A stretch of DNA of 50,777 nt, the filler included, from Jimgerdemannia flammicorona (Eukaryota): NCBI GenBank assembly GCA_003990765.1. It is 2 parts of 2 records of this genome, joined end to end, with 100 filler letters (N's around TTAATTAATTAA, not from the genome) between each part and the next. Parts side by side here need not be neighbours in the genome. Positions count along the whole stretch, not along the records: positions 25,440 to 50,777 come from RBNJ01000847.1; 1 more part is not named here. The stretch is one strand, 5' to 3'. Numbering within the stretch: position 1 is the stretch's first letter; each line of letters begins with the position of its first letter. Below are positions 38,152 through 50,777 of the stretch, in pieces. The notes below the pieces were generated by a model. The model ran no database searches, had not been told where the DNA came from, and was given only the letters and a program-made list of their open reading frames with translations. The translations under genes and the position numbers were made by a program.

Positions 38152-39096
38152 ATGCCTCCCATTCGCCAAACCAACCAGACCTCCTGCCACTCTACCCCTT
38201 TTCCTGGCCCAAAGACCCTGATTTTTGAAGCTATCAAGAAGGCCATCTGGTGCCCAGATACTTCCAAACACTTGAACTTCTACACTGAGGACCTTGGACA
38301 CTTCATCAACTACCAGTATATAATGACCCAATAGCTCAAAGATACTACCGAACGAATGACCCTCTGGCATGACTACGAAATCAGACACCGCCTTCGCAAT
38401 GAGACTCAAGAAGGCGACCAGGAAGACCTCATTGCTGAAATGTTAACCACTAGCCGGCTAATCAAGAGAGCTCTCCGTGTCCACCAAATCTTCTGCCATA
38501 TTCTCTGGGCCATAGCACACTTGCAAGGAGTAATGGCTGGCAGCCTCTCCCATCTTTCAACTGAAGATGCTGACTGGATAGAATCTGAAGTAGCCAACTC
38601 TACTGGCAGCAACTGTGTTGCTATAGGAAGCCAACAAACCGAACCTACTCAACCAGGTTTCTATACCACCCCACTCCGAGACAACCATCAAGGTCACCTA
38701 ATGAGTCTTATGGAGATATTTGAAGGACCACCCATTACCATAGAAGCACCTGTTGGAGCTACCCCAACCACCCACCACCCTGTTAGCCACAATTCACATC
38801 TCATCATTTGGGAACTGAATCAACAAGAAGCCCAAGAGGTCCCTGTCTTTGAAGAGGAAGCCCAAGAACTCCAAAACCCTGCCCCTGAAGAAACCCCCTC
38901 TGACACTGAAACTGACGAGTCTTCAGAAGAAGGAGAGGAGCAACAGAGAGTCTACCAGTCCTCTGTCCGCATTCAAGCTGTTCAAGGGTTGGAGAATGTT
39001 GTTGAAGATGACTGGCCACTTTTCTACCCCCTCACCTCTTGGCTGGCGCTTCCCCCCTTTGAGGAGAGATATGAAGAAGAAAACACAACCCAGTAA
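38152..39096 (+). pseudogene. U3-encoded ORF of LTR family D (314 codons, one internal TAG at 38332-38334)
   Basis: Track ORFs 38077-38334 and 38356-39096 share a frame; MPPIRQ..IFEAIKKAI..LWHDYEIRHRL..VHQIFCHILWAIAHL..acidic tail; homologous to 1396-2202. Confidence 0.8.
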
Positions 39097-39159
39097 TATT
39101 TGCCTGCTGCGGACGAAGGGTACTATTTCCTCTAGAGTACTGCCCATCAGCTGTGAGAA

Positions 39160-39450
39160 CCCAGCTTTTGTCAGCAAGTCCATTTCCAGCGTTACTACTC
39201 AGTACTACCATTTTCAGCATTTTTTGTCAGCAGGTCTGAATTCAGCATTGCCACCCTCCACAACCATTTCTGGCAACAATCATCGTATCATGTCAGCTCA
39301 TCCGAATCCAGCATTGCTACCCAGTACCACCATTTTTAGCGTTTTGTCAGCAAGTCAGCAACACCCGTTTTTAGCATTATCACTCTCCACAACCATTTCT
39401 GGCAACAATCAGCATTCCTGTCTGCTCATCTGAATCCAGTGTTGCTATCC
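39160..39450 (+). repeat. Imperfect tandem repeats between the U3 ORF and TATA box (enhancer-like)
   Basis: CTCCACAACCATTTCTGGCAACAATCA twice; TTTTGTCAGCA three times; recurring CAGCATTG. Confidence 0.7.
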
Positions 39451-40949
39451 CCTACAACCCAATCCGTAGTAAACAATAGCCTGCATCTCACATTGTGCAA
39501 GCCAATAGCATAGCAAATGTTTGCCACAACATAGTATACCTTAGCCGCCCCCATAGCTAGCAAACTTGTATAAATAACCCATATTCTTAGAGTGAATAAA
39601 CCTCAGTCAGCTTGTGTTTAAAAAGTAAAAAGGATTACAAAGAAACCACTGCCTCCAAGAGACCGGATAAATTCTGAGAACAAGATAACAACCTAGAGCA
39701 ATGGATCGCTTGGAAGTTTGAGTTAAAGAATTTTCTCTTGCCATGGAAAGAAAACGTTACCCGACCGCTGCCATTCAAGACCCAGCCAAGGATTCAAGAC
39801 TATGACCACTGCACATTCAGACCGCCATTTGAGATTCAAGACCCTGGCAACACAGCTAAAGAACCCAAGGAACCCAAGTTACCCAGCCAAAGGATACAAG
39901 ACCGCTGCCAAAGACCCGAACGACCGCCAGGAACCTTTCAAGTTAATAAGTCAAGATGGATGAGCGAGCCGTCAACCTCTGTTTTTCCGATCTACTGCGC
40001 CACAGACCACTTTAATTGACTGCATAAAGAGCAAGCCCGTTGTCGCCGCATAAATTCAAGACCATCACCGCCAAGTTTATCGCCGCCAGGAAACACCCTT
40101 TTCCACTAAACAATTGAGCCATCGACATCCTGAGCCAACGAACAAATGATCTCCCGCTATTATCGCACGTTTCGAACGACCTGTCACGTGACCATCGACC
40201 CGCGAACGTCACCAATGCCTTCAGTTATACATCGCGCGCTTCACCAAGTGGCACATTGAGCCATGCCAGAAGAGAACTAGGGATACAAACCCAACGCCAC
40301 AATATATATAAATATCTAGAGATATTTGTACTATTATAATATTAGAGATAAATATCTTATTAAAGAGCTCTTTATATTATATTTCTTGAAATCCTTTATA
40401 TATATTCCAGATCCTAAATATATTTAATAAAAAATCTTATAAATATAAATCTTCTTTATATATATTTAATCAATATTACTAATATATATTAGCTAGTATA
40501 TGAGTAAGAGTATATGGAGTAATATCATAAATCTCTTCTTGAGCTGCATATTGAGCAAAGTCAAATCAAATAATTTTTCTAAGTTCTTCTACAGCAGCTT
40601 CTGTAAGAATTGCATCAGAACATACTGTATTATGAGTAGGATCACAGATTAATTAATATAGGGATGTATTGGGTTCCTAGTATTCAGAAATATTTTAACA
40701 CTGATATTTTTATTTAAGGTATATGTAAATTGGGCATATGTAGGTTTCCTTTTATGATATTAGTATAGTGTATATTTATTCTACATATAATCTATCATTC
40801 ATTCTACTCAACACTTAATGTATACTTTATACTTTGTATATACTTTACACTTACATTCTATACTTCCATATATTTGGTAAATTTGTATGTACATTACACT
40901 TACATTCTGTACTTCTGTACATTTGTATACATTTTTCATTACCCTATGA

Positions 40950-43030
40950 TCCTCTTTGCAAATTCATGCCTCTTGTATCAATATAACCCTTCAAAGGGCT
41001 AACACAATCTGGGCTCCACCACCTGTCCTTTCTGCTCTGATATTATTTTCATCAAGTGGGTACTTCACTTCCTGCAGGATGATCTGAAGTTCAATAGTGA
41101 GACCCTTGACATCAATATTCTTGCTGATTACCTCACCAACCTCCCTGATAATTCTACACCCACACCTTGCCAAACTATACATTTATTAGTTTATGCTGCA
41201 TCCAAGACTCCTGCTAGTATTACAGTGGCTGGACTAGTTTTTTTGAGTATACTGAGCACTGATATTTCTATTGAAGCCAGCATTGCTTAGCTCTAAGAGC
41301 ATGTATTCACATAAGATTATCAGTTTGATGAACTTTTTTGGCTTCTACACTCTCACTCAGATGCTATATCTTTGTTGGTACTAGTACTGGCTACTGAAGT
41401 TCCCATTGTCTCTGGTCAGACTATATCTCACATTATTAATCAAGCCTTTATCAATTATACTACTGTCTCTCTTTTGGTAGCTATTATATCTACATCCCAA
41501 CCTCTATTGACTATCTCTGTGATTTGTCTTATCAGTATTCATAGTCCTACTGATAATTCCCAGAGTGAGTCTATCTCTTTATCTTCTTCTATTATCTCTG
41601 CCCATATCATTGTTTGGAGTGTCAACCTCTCTCTGATATATGCTCATGTCAATCAATAGCTATTGGATGCAGTCATCAATAATTCATTCACTACTATATT
41701 GCTTGGCCATTTTCTGGAGCAGAATGTCATCTCTATTGGTGGTTTTTCTAAAGCTCAATTTATTGAAATATTTGATAAGTTGGGTGTTCAGAACATTCTT
41801 CACATGCTGCCATCTCTTATTAAAGATCTTCCAGATGTTTCTGCTTTCCTCACCACCCTGCTCACATACTTCACCATTCTTCACAATGTGTATCCAGGTC
41901 TCACTGATCCTACTCCATTCTTTACATATGCTGCAGATTTTATCTTCCTCTCAACATTGTCATATTGGTCCATACTTCTCAACTATCATGTTTCCTTTCA
42001 CACAAAATAACTGATGGAGATCACAAATGATGGCATTTCTTTGGCATGGTATGAGCATTATGTCTGGCATGACCCCGACCTCTTTATGACTCTTAGTTTA
42101 CATCAATGTTTGCAAACTCCAACCTTCTCATCTCATCTGCCTAAGTTCTCCAAGTGTCACAATACACAACAGTGGCTATGTCTTACTGATGGCCCCTTTG
42201 CTCTATCTGCCAACAACACCTCTCAACAGTCTACTTGTCAGACATATAATAGCATTCTGTTTGATGGATCACCCATGAAGGATCCTGGATATAATAGGAA
42301 AGGTTGCTCTTATGTACATGCCTGCTCCAATTATAGTAGTAATTATTTGTAGTATCAATGCTCCCACAACCCATTGCCTCACTCCTAGGAACTCACCCCT
42401 GCTTATTTTATATACATACTCCTGGCTACTCCAAATATTCTACTCCATTACCCATTTATCACCCCTCTTATTGATACCACTCAAGACATTCTATGTTATT
42501 TTCCTCTCTCCTCTTCTGCTCTTCACTCTATTGTATGGGCATATGAGCTCCAGTTGTATCCTGATCTATTGGTAGCTCAGGTCACCATTACTGCCATTAC
42601 TCAAGGTGCTTTTCTCAGCTTTGATGAGTCTTATTGACACTTACTGTTCTATAATCATCACTCTGCTCTTGACCATCCAGAGGCAATTACATTTGATATC
42701 AAGTGGGAGGTGGCTGCTGACAGGATTGGTGACCCATTTTTATCCTCTCTATTTGAGTGCTTCCACTTGTCTCCTGTTGGTACCATTGCAAAGATGAATT
42801 TGAGCAGAATATAGCATTGCATTCATGAGCTCTCTTGGCCTTATCACAGTGATTTTGTTAATGCCAGTATTAATACTAATACCTTTCAGCTTTCCTATAT
42901 TGAGTTTGACAAGGCTTTAGACTTAGTTTGCTGCTTTGGCCAAGGCTGTCTTTTATTGAAGATCAATCTCACTGATACATAGTATCATATTCTTATCCAT
43001 CCTATAGATTGGGAGTTACTGGGCTTCAGC
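40950..43030 (+). mobile_element. DIRS/Ngaro-type retrotransposon fragment (gag-like ORF, Cys/His finger, N-terminal RT), truncated by the LINE
   Basis: YHVSFH..WYEHYVWHDPDL, TCQTYN..GCSYVHACS, then LSPVGTIAK..CIHELSWP..VNASI..LSYIEFDKALDLV..GQGCLLLKINLTD..ILIHPIDWELLGF. Confidence 0.8.
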
Positions 43031-46000
43031 ATCTTTCTCCTGTAATATTCAGATTACACAACCTTCCAGCAACACTTACAACATAGTTTTTGGAGAAACG
43101 ATACTCGTATCATAGTGACTGATAAGTATTCTGAGATATATACTGGGCTGGGTGGCTCTGGTGTCTTCAACTGGCAGTATGTAGGATGGGGCCCCAGCTT
43201 GGGGGGAAGCATAAGAGACCTGCTGGCAGGAGGACATGGTAGGGGAGAGGGCAGTGCTTGAGGTCAGGGGACTGGGAGGGTGAGCTTTGTAGATGAGGTG
43301 AAGGGGGGTCAGCAGAGAACTGGACTGAAGGGTTGGCTGAGAAGGGGTAAGGAGACATCAAAGACTGTAGGGCAGTGGCTTTAAGGGAGAGTCTCTCTGG
43401 AGGACCAGAGTAGTATGGCTGATGATATAGTGGCTGAGGGGGTGACTGCTGATGGAGGCATAATGGGTAATTTGGAAAAATATCTAGATGGAACTACTGA
43501 TGGTAGACCAAGCTGTGAGAGAGACATAAGGCCTAGAGACCTGGCTGATGGTGTAACAGGACTGGTGGTGGTGTCATTACTCAAGAAGTCAATCTTGGAG
43601 TTGGTAGTCACTCTGTACTTCTGGGGCTTAGTAGTAACAGCTAAAATGGTCTTGGGGCTGATTGCAAAGCAGATGGATGAAGCAGTATTAGTGAAGTTTC
43701 TAAGAAGTTTGGAAGGAGTAAAGGGGGGCTTTGAGGAGGCTGAGCTATTGGAAGTTGCACAAAGGTAGAGTTGACTATTGAGGAGATGTGTATTCTGATG
43801 GCATGATGCTTAAGATGGGACCCTAGGGTGATACAACTTCTGGTGAAAGAAGTATCCATGATGACTACTATAGAGATGAGGAGAAGAGTAGAGGAGGTCA
43901 TGGCAGAGTATAGAGAGGTGGTTGATATTGGCTTTTGAGTCTGGAAAGGGACCTCATTTAGGACAGGGGATATTGATGTTTGGTTTCAGCTAATAGAGAG
44001 AGAGGCTACCAGGAAGACTTGTGATTGGCCATCAGTGATGATGTGTGGGGTCTTTGTGTACAAGGTGATGAGGGTGAAGGGGAATGAGGAGGAGAAGGAG
44101 GATTCATTGGAGGTATTAAAGGAGATGAGTAGAGCAGTCAAGCAGAGGGCAAAGGCTTAGAAGGTATATGTAGAGTTGATATATTTGGAGATTGTAGATG
44201 GGAAATGAGTCCACATTAACAAGAGGCTGTAGGAGAGGTCTCAAGGGTACAAGAGGCAGAGAGAGTTGTTGGCAAGTCTGGAAGAAAGGGCTAAAAAGAA
44301 TGCTGGTGGCATTGAGGAGTCTGGGGGTGGAAAAGTGAGTATCTAGGCCAGTAAGAAAGATGGAGATATAGAGAAGGGTCTGAATGAGGTTGGGAAGATG
44401 CTAAGCAATAACCTATATACTAATGGTATGTTTGAAGTCTAGGAGGATACTCTCTCTCTTGTTAGGCAGGGTCCAGCTGTAAGAGGTCAGATGGCAGAGG
44501 ATGTACTGATGCATGGTACCCAGCAAGTACACTTTGAAGTTCCTGAGGTGGCAAAAGGGGACAGGTGGTGGCAGTTGGTGAGGATGAACTGGTAGATGTC
44601 CCAGAGGAGGGGTGGGATGAGACAGTGAGCACAGTGATAGATATCTCAATACTGGGTACATGAAGGCCAGTGACTCTAGAGAAGAAGAAAGTAGAAAACC
44701 TGTTATGGATATACTGGATGATGAACAACTTTGTGGCTAAAGAGTTGGGAGAAGTAGACCTACAAGTGATAAGTAATGAGCATTGGGCACAGATTCTGCA
44801 TAGTGATAGAGTTGTGGAGGTACTGAAGATAGAGGTACTTGTAATTTACCTAGAGGAGAAAGGGTATGAGGTTGATAAGGAGAGGGTATCAAGCTGGCAG
44901 TTGTTGCTGGTGAGAGGGCTGCCTTCTGTTGAGCAGAGCATTATAGATTGCAGCTCTGATAGGAGGCCTATCTAGAGTATCATAAGGACTTTGAGGAAAA
45001 GAAGGATGGTGAGATGGCTGAACTTCTGGTTGGATTGGAGGCTAAACTGACTAAAGAGGAGAAATTGGCTGCAGAACTTAACTTGGGCTTGGTACAGGAG
45101 GGGATGAATGTGGATTTATAGAGGAGGAGGGAGTATGATATTTAACATTATCTCTTATGAATAGTATAACTAACATTTTCTCTATAAATATGAATGGACT
45201 ACAGGGATCAGTGTGAAGATGGAACATTTTTAAATAGATGAAGGGATTGGAGGCTGATCCTTTTCTATTGCAAGATGTCAGATGTGAGGATGACTTGGAT
45301 AGAATGGAGTGGATGAGAGAATGAAAAGGTGTGGTGGTATAGAAGAATAAGATTGGGATCTTTGTTTGGAGAGGCAAAGGGGAGATACAGGATATAGCAG
45401 GCTGGGGAGAGCAGCTGGTATAGGGAGAGTGGTGATGACCTGGGTAGAAGCTGGTTACTGTAGATTCATGCTACTGCCCTGCTGTATAGGGTAAGTGGGT
45501 AGAGTGGGTGAAGAGTCTTAGGGAAAGTGGGGTCCTTATAGAGATCTGAGTGGATATTCTCAGAGGGGAATTTAATATGGTCTGGGATATACTAGTAGAT
45601 AAGACTGATATAGGGAGGTGCTGAGGGTTGGAATGGGAACCTAGTGGTATGGGAAGATGTAGAAAGGCTGAGCTCTCTGGTAGATGCTGGAAGGGGATTC
45701 TGGAGAGATAGATGAGTGTATATACACTGAGTGAATGGCCTGGGGATAAGGATCAACTGAGTGCTGATGGCAGATTACTGGGGGCCAGATGTTTGGAAGT
45801 TACTAGAGGCTGAGTGGTGTCTATGATCTGATAATTGGGGGCTGTTAAGATGGGGATATTTTGGGGAGAGTGGGGATGGGCCTGGACATTAGTGCCTAAA
45901 TTCCTCTTTGTTGACTGAGAAGGCATTAGGAGACATATGGGCAGAGGTCATTCAGTAGTAAGTAGAGAGTTGGATATAAAAGAGTACTATGATTAGTGTT

Positions 46001-46346
46001 TGGTAGGAAAGGTTGAAGATGGGCTACTAGGGTTTATTGGAAGGAGGCAGGAGAGATGGCAGATAGAGGAGAAGGAGGGTAAACTTGGCTTCTGCTAGAC
46101 TGGCTTGAGTTTTGGAGAATTGGACTGATCTTTGGCCCTAGAGAGAGTAGAGAACTAGTGGATGAGCTGGGCTAAAATGGAGGTTAATGAGCTATGACAG
46201 GTGTTGAGAGAAGAGAAGGAGACATGGGTATAGAGTTTAGCTGCCCAATTATACTGGCAGGGGCTTGAGGAGAGAGAGAGGCCATCTAAACACCTTTTAA
46301 GGATCCTGCAGGCAAGGAGGGTGAGGCAGAGGTGGGAGTGGGTACT

Positions 46347-48352
46347 TGTAAGAGGGTTGCTTTTTAGGGTAACCGTTACGTAGTTCTGGAAGGGTTCTCT
46401 GGAAGTTCTGGATATTCTGGAAGACCATTTTCTTATGGTCAAGATCAATTTCATATGGAGTACATCCTCTATACTTATTGATTTCAAGATTGGGTTGACG
46501 TCTCAACCAAAGTCCTTTTTTGGACTAGTTCTGGATGTTCAGGATTTTCTGTATTTCAGGAAGTTCAAGAAACTAAGACCAGCTTAGTTGAATTGGTGTA
46601 TCACTGCAGACAATCCCAGTTAGGAAATTTCGTGACAGGGTTAGGAGTGGGACTTAACAGGGAGTGGATTTACTTAAGAGTGGTTTGTGGGTTATGGAAT
46701 AGGTTTATTTGCTATTCATGATATTGCTATACTAGGAGTATTTGTGTGAAGGGGTATTGTGGGGAAGTATTCAGGAATGTTCTTGGGTGTTCAAGTCTGA
46801 AATTCTGAGGTCTGGGGGAGGGGGTATTTATACTAGTGAGGGGCTATCTGGACTATGCTGAATATAGATGTAGCACTAAGTGCCTTGCTGAGTTGGAATG
46901 CAGTCATATAGTACAAGTGTGATCTGACAAGTCAAGAGATCGTCTGACTGCTAGGCTATTTATGGGTTTAGGCACTTTCTGGGTAGTCCTCAATGACATC
47001 ACTATCAATTGCATCATCTCTGATGAAGTAGTCATCTAGGAATAATGGTTTACAGATTATTTCTCCTTGTTCGCTGAGGTAGTAATACATTGGGACTTCG
47101 TCTCTGTCCCACAGGATAGCATCATCAGTCTCATATGCTGGATAAGGTGTTGGTGGGCAAAGGATGGGTGTGTTGTCTTTGCTTTTATTAGATTTGCTGT
47201 CTGCATACCTTCTATAGATTACAGCACTATGAGTTGCAGGATTGTAGTAAGCTGGCAGCTGTGGTTCATGTCGCTCATACTTGGGTGGTGGAGTGGTTGG
47301 TTCGATCTCGAGGGTTGTCTGAAGGTACAGGTTGTGTTCTCCGGTCTCCTCATTGTAGTTGAAGTAATCAGGGGTGAATGCAGGTTAGTATTCATGCCGG
47401 TGGTCATTGTCCCAATAAGTCTCGTATGTAATTATGAACTGTTGTAAGTTCATTGGCAAGGTTGGCAGAGTGATCAGGGTTGGCAGAGATCCTTAGCTAG
47501 AGGTCATGTCGGTGTCAGAGGGATTGTTGTCTTCTGCTTCATCTTCATCGAAGTGGATTATATCATAGATGTCCTTCATGGTGTATCCAACTTGGGGCAT
47601 TGCAGGATTTGATCATTGGGGTGTGGGAAGGTTCTGTCTGTGGTTTCGACATACTCGAGGTACTTGTGGTTGAGTTCTTGTATCATATTGTCGATTTGGC
47701 CATAGGACAGAGTAGCAACCATTTCGCTGGTAGTAACTCAGAGGCAGGGAATAATGGTGCTGTACTCGTAGAAGAGTTCTCGATGTTTGCAGGCGATGAG
47801 CTTCTGGTGTTGAGACATCTGGGTAATATCTGTATCATGGTGGTGTTCGACCATGTCTTCCAGGAGGTGGCTGATCTGGTAGTAGCTTGAGATTTGTCTG
47901 ATTCAGTGGGCCTCGCTAAGCATGTTCAGAGCATTCCATCGGGCTTCCACAAAGTAGAGGGGTGCCAGGCTATGGATATTCATGAGGGGCAGAGGGGGTG
48001 TAGCTCGGTTGACAATGGCATTCTAGATGTCAGCATGGATACGGTTGTAGATCTCAGTGGTCATGTTTGTGTATTTGGAAGTTGTGGTTGTTGTTTGTTT
48101 TGGTTCTCTGTTTTGACGCATCTTGGTGCTTGGTATATATGCATTTGGTCCTGATTGGTAAGATTCCATTTGTGTAGATCTTGTGTTCTGTGACTTCATA
48201 TTGACTCAGTTTTGTGCGCTGTGACTTTGGTTTGACTCAGCTTTGTGATCAAGCAGGTGATTTCCAGATTTGTTCGGAGCTCGTGTGTGATTTCAGTGGC
48301 TTGTTCAGAGGGTGACATGTAATTTTGGTGGCTTGGAGGTTGTGCGCTTACA
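46347..48352 (-). mobile_element. Solo LTR variant C (2006 bp) related to family B, inserted in LINE ORF2
   Basis: TGTAAG...CTTACA ends; 5-bp TSD GTACT (46342-46346, 48353-48357); 46347-~47025 and the last ~40 bp match LTR B, the middle ~1.3 kb does not. Confidence 0.95.
47493..48136 (-). pseudogene. U3-encoded ORF of LTR C (~214 codons, one frameshift, few stops)
   Basis: (M)PSTKMRQ..IHADI*NAIV..WHPLYFVEARW..ISSYYQISHLLE..IACKHRELLYEYSTIIPCL*VTTSEMVATLSYGQIDNMIQEL..FDEDEAEDNNPSDTDMTSS*; TGA stops fit CGA deamination. Confidence 0.7.
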
Positions 48353-50777
48353 GTACTGAATTCAGATGGGCTACTGGTGCATGGTTCACAAGACATTCTG
48401 GGCTTAATCAAGGAGAGGTAGAGCAGTTTGTAGAGTGAGGAGAAGGGTGGGGCAATGGCTGATACTATTGCACATACTTTAGAGGATTGGTATCCACCAC
48501 AAGTAGATGGGCTGGATGGTTTGGTGATGCTGGTTCAGGAGAAGGAGATTTGCCAGGTTCTTGTTACAACTATACTGGGCACAGTGCCTAGTGAGGATGG
48601 GCTACCCAGAGATTTTTGGAAAAGAATATTGGAAGTACCTAGGGTGATAGGAGAGATGATAGCAATGTGTGATTTGGTACTGCAGTCAGAAAGGTGAGTG
48701 GGAGAGTAAGATCTGGGGCTGATGGTACTGCTTTATAAGGATAAGGATAGAAGGGAGGACCAGAAGAATTGGTAGCTCGTTATGTTTCTGGATATAGACA
48801 GGAAGTTGGTTACTAAGGTGGTGGTGGCAAGGTGGCCCAGCAAGTTTTGGGGGAGGAGCAGCAAGGGTTTATAGGGGGCTGGCTCATTAGAGATGGCATG
48901 GCCTGGGTGCATGGCATTATTGAAGGGACTCAAGCCTGTGGACTAGATGGAAGGCTGGTCTTCTTGAATCAGGAGAAAGCTTATGACCATGTGCAGCAAG
49001 TCTGGCTGGTGAAGGTTCTGAACCAGATTGGTATCCCTCTGCAGTTTCAAGTGACAATGATCAGTCTACTGGAAAGGAGTCAAGCAGCACTCATGTGCAA
49101 TGGACATAGAGGGGTGGGTTCTCTCTGGAGAGAGACATACTTCAGGGGGACCCCCTGTTCCCAATTTTGTATGCTTTGTCCTTAGAGCCATTGATGGATA
49201 GAATTCAGCAGAAGATATTGGAGCTCTCTATATTCAGCATTTTTGGAAGATTGGAGCCTTTGCAGATGATATGGTAGTTAGTCTGGGCTCAATTGCTAAT
49301 ATTGAGAAACTCCAGAAAACAGTAGAGTGGTGTGAGGTATACTCTGGGTTGAAACTTAACTAGCACAAGTATGAAATGATGGTGTTAGATAATAGTCTAG
49401 TGGGAGGGGATGTCATTGGATCAATTGTCTCTATGGGAGAGGCTGTGAGTTGAACATTTATCTCTCTATATATGGATCAGTCCTGATATGCACTTGGTGG
49501 GAGCACTAAGTGGCCATCTGGGGGCAGGTCCTGAGAGGTTGGGGGGGCTGCCACCTGTCTTTAGCAGAGTACATTGCAATTTGGAATGTTTACTGACTAC
49601 AAAAGTTGTGGTATTTATTATATCATATGGACTTTCCAGTCTGAGTGGTGAAGAGGCTATTGAAGCTGGCAAAGGATTGGATCTGAGCTGGGCAGAGGAG
49701 TTAGATTAGCTGGGAAATCTTGTCATTACTAGTGATTAGAGGGGGTCTTAGACAGGTTGATTTTCTGAAGTGGCTATATTGTCTATGAGCATAGTGGCTG
49801 AAGACAGCAGTGGAATTGAGGGGTGGCAGCTGGGTTTCCCTGATAAAAAAGGTCTGGAAGATGTGGTGCTCACTAAGAGGAGCAACTGGAGATTTTCTGT
49901 CCTTAGTTGGGCTTTCTAATAGGAGATGAATGAGATATAAGGGCTTCTGGTGTAGAGTAGTGGATGGGGCTCACCATATTGGAATTTGCTAGTAGGAGGA
50001 TAAAGGAGAGATGCCTTGGGGCCCAGTAATGTAGAGATAGGATCAAGTATTGCTAGGGGGAACCCCCCTCATAGACTTTGATATTAGTGATGGGGTAGAG
50101 TACCAGAGGTGGTTGGGAAAGGACATATGGCCTAGCAGCTGGCAGATGGCAGATATTGGAGAGAAGTGGAACTGGAATAGTTTCTGGACCTAGAGTGCAG
50201 TGATAAGGCAATGGTTGCTACCCAAGTACTGGGTGGTTTGGTGGTGCATGCTGTGGAGGAATGTTACACTCAACTTTCACTCAGGCTACCTTGTGGAGAG
50301 AGAGGACTTTGATTGTGAGGAGTGTTATAATGTAGGACAGGAAGGGGGGTTTGTGTAGATGCCGGAACATTGGCTGGGAGAATATAAGATACTTGGAGAC
50401 TTTTGATTAGTAGTTAATAATAGGTTGGGTGTTGTATACAGGGGGGATGGAGAGCAGGGTCAATAGGAGGATCTGAGAGATAGATTGGTGGAGGGGGTGG
50501 AGAGAGAGTGGCTGACTTTGAGTTGGGTATTAGCAGTATGAGTGAGACTAGCAGGTTACTGACTATTTGTGTTTGAGGAAGAAAAGCATTTGATTTTGGG
50601 GGAGTGGTTGGTGATGTTTGAAGGGTTGATAAAGGATGTCTTGACAGGCTGGTGGTTGGGATAGAGTCTGCAGGGGGGTTGGTGGTGCTATTTGATAGAG
50701 AAAATCTGTGGGCAGAGTGAGGGGAAAGTTGGAGTGGTGGGTGGCAGAGTGGTTTTCAAGTATGAGAGTGTGGGGGG

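Larger units (their letters stand above)
37945..40301 (+). mobile_element. Solo LTR of family D (2357 bp), relatively young
   Basis: TGTGA...CCACA termini; ATAT on both sides (37941-37944, 40302-40305); TATAAATA 39569-39576 and AATAAA 39595-39600; sharp GC/CpG contrast with AT-rich flanks; same layout as LTR family A. Confidence 0.82.
43030..50777 (+). mobile_element. L1/Tx1-like LINE (decayed ORF1 ~43415-45100; ORF2 APE-RT-zinc finger from ~45150), runs off the window
   Basis: SINMNGL..DPFLLQD (APE), RGEFN, PSEDGLPRDFWK, EEQQGFIGG, FLNQEKAYDHV, QGDPLFPILY..LEPL, FADDMVV, C-terminal CEEC..EHWL. Confidence 0.9.

Noticed and set aside
50695..50720. AAAATCTGTGGG shared between the LINE 3' region and the 1.2-kb retroposon tail
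   Set aside because: Only 12 nt and the LINE end lies outside the window; too weak to assign a partner.

Overview
Repeat-dominated eukaryotic window, most likely from an early-diverging fungus (Mucoromycota-like; inference from gene and TE style). Only two intact host genes are visible, lying convergently in a CpG-retaining island: an intronless F-box/LRR gene (22210-23604 +) and a peroxisomal Prx5/Ahp1-type peroxiredoxin (23942-24457 -). Almost everything else is nested, transition-decayed mobile DNA whose boundaries and target-site duplications (TSDs) can be read directly. It includes three families of unusually long (1.5-2.4 kb) LTRs, a complete LTR element with gag-dUTPase-protease but no RT/RNaseH/integrase core, and a MULE DNA transposon splitting a putative nuclease-fold pseudogene. 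It also includes a head-to-head dimer of Penelope-like elements, a DIRS/Ngaro fragment, an L1/Tx1-like LINE, a 1.2-kb poly(A) retroposon, MITEs and an assembly gap. The most notable signal is that three LTR families with no visible nucleotide similarity each carry, entirely inside U3 upstream of the TATA box, a homologous ~215-315 codon ORF of a family I do not recognise, i.e. an LTR-encoded accessory protein. All translations and alignments were done by eye; no database searches were run.
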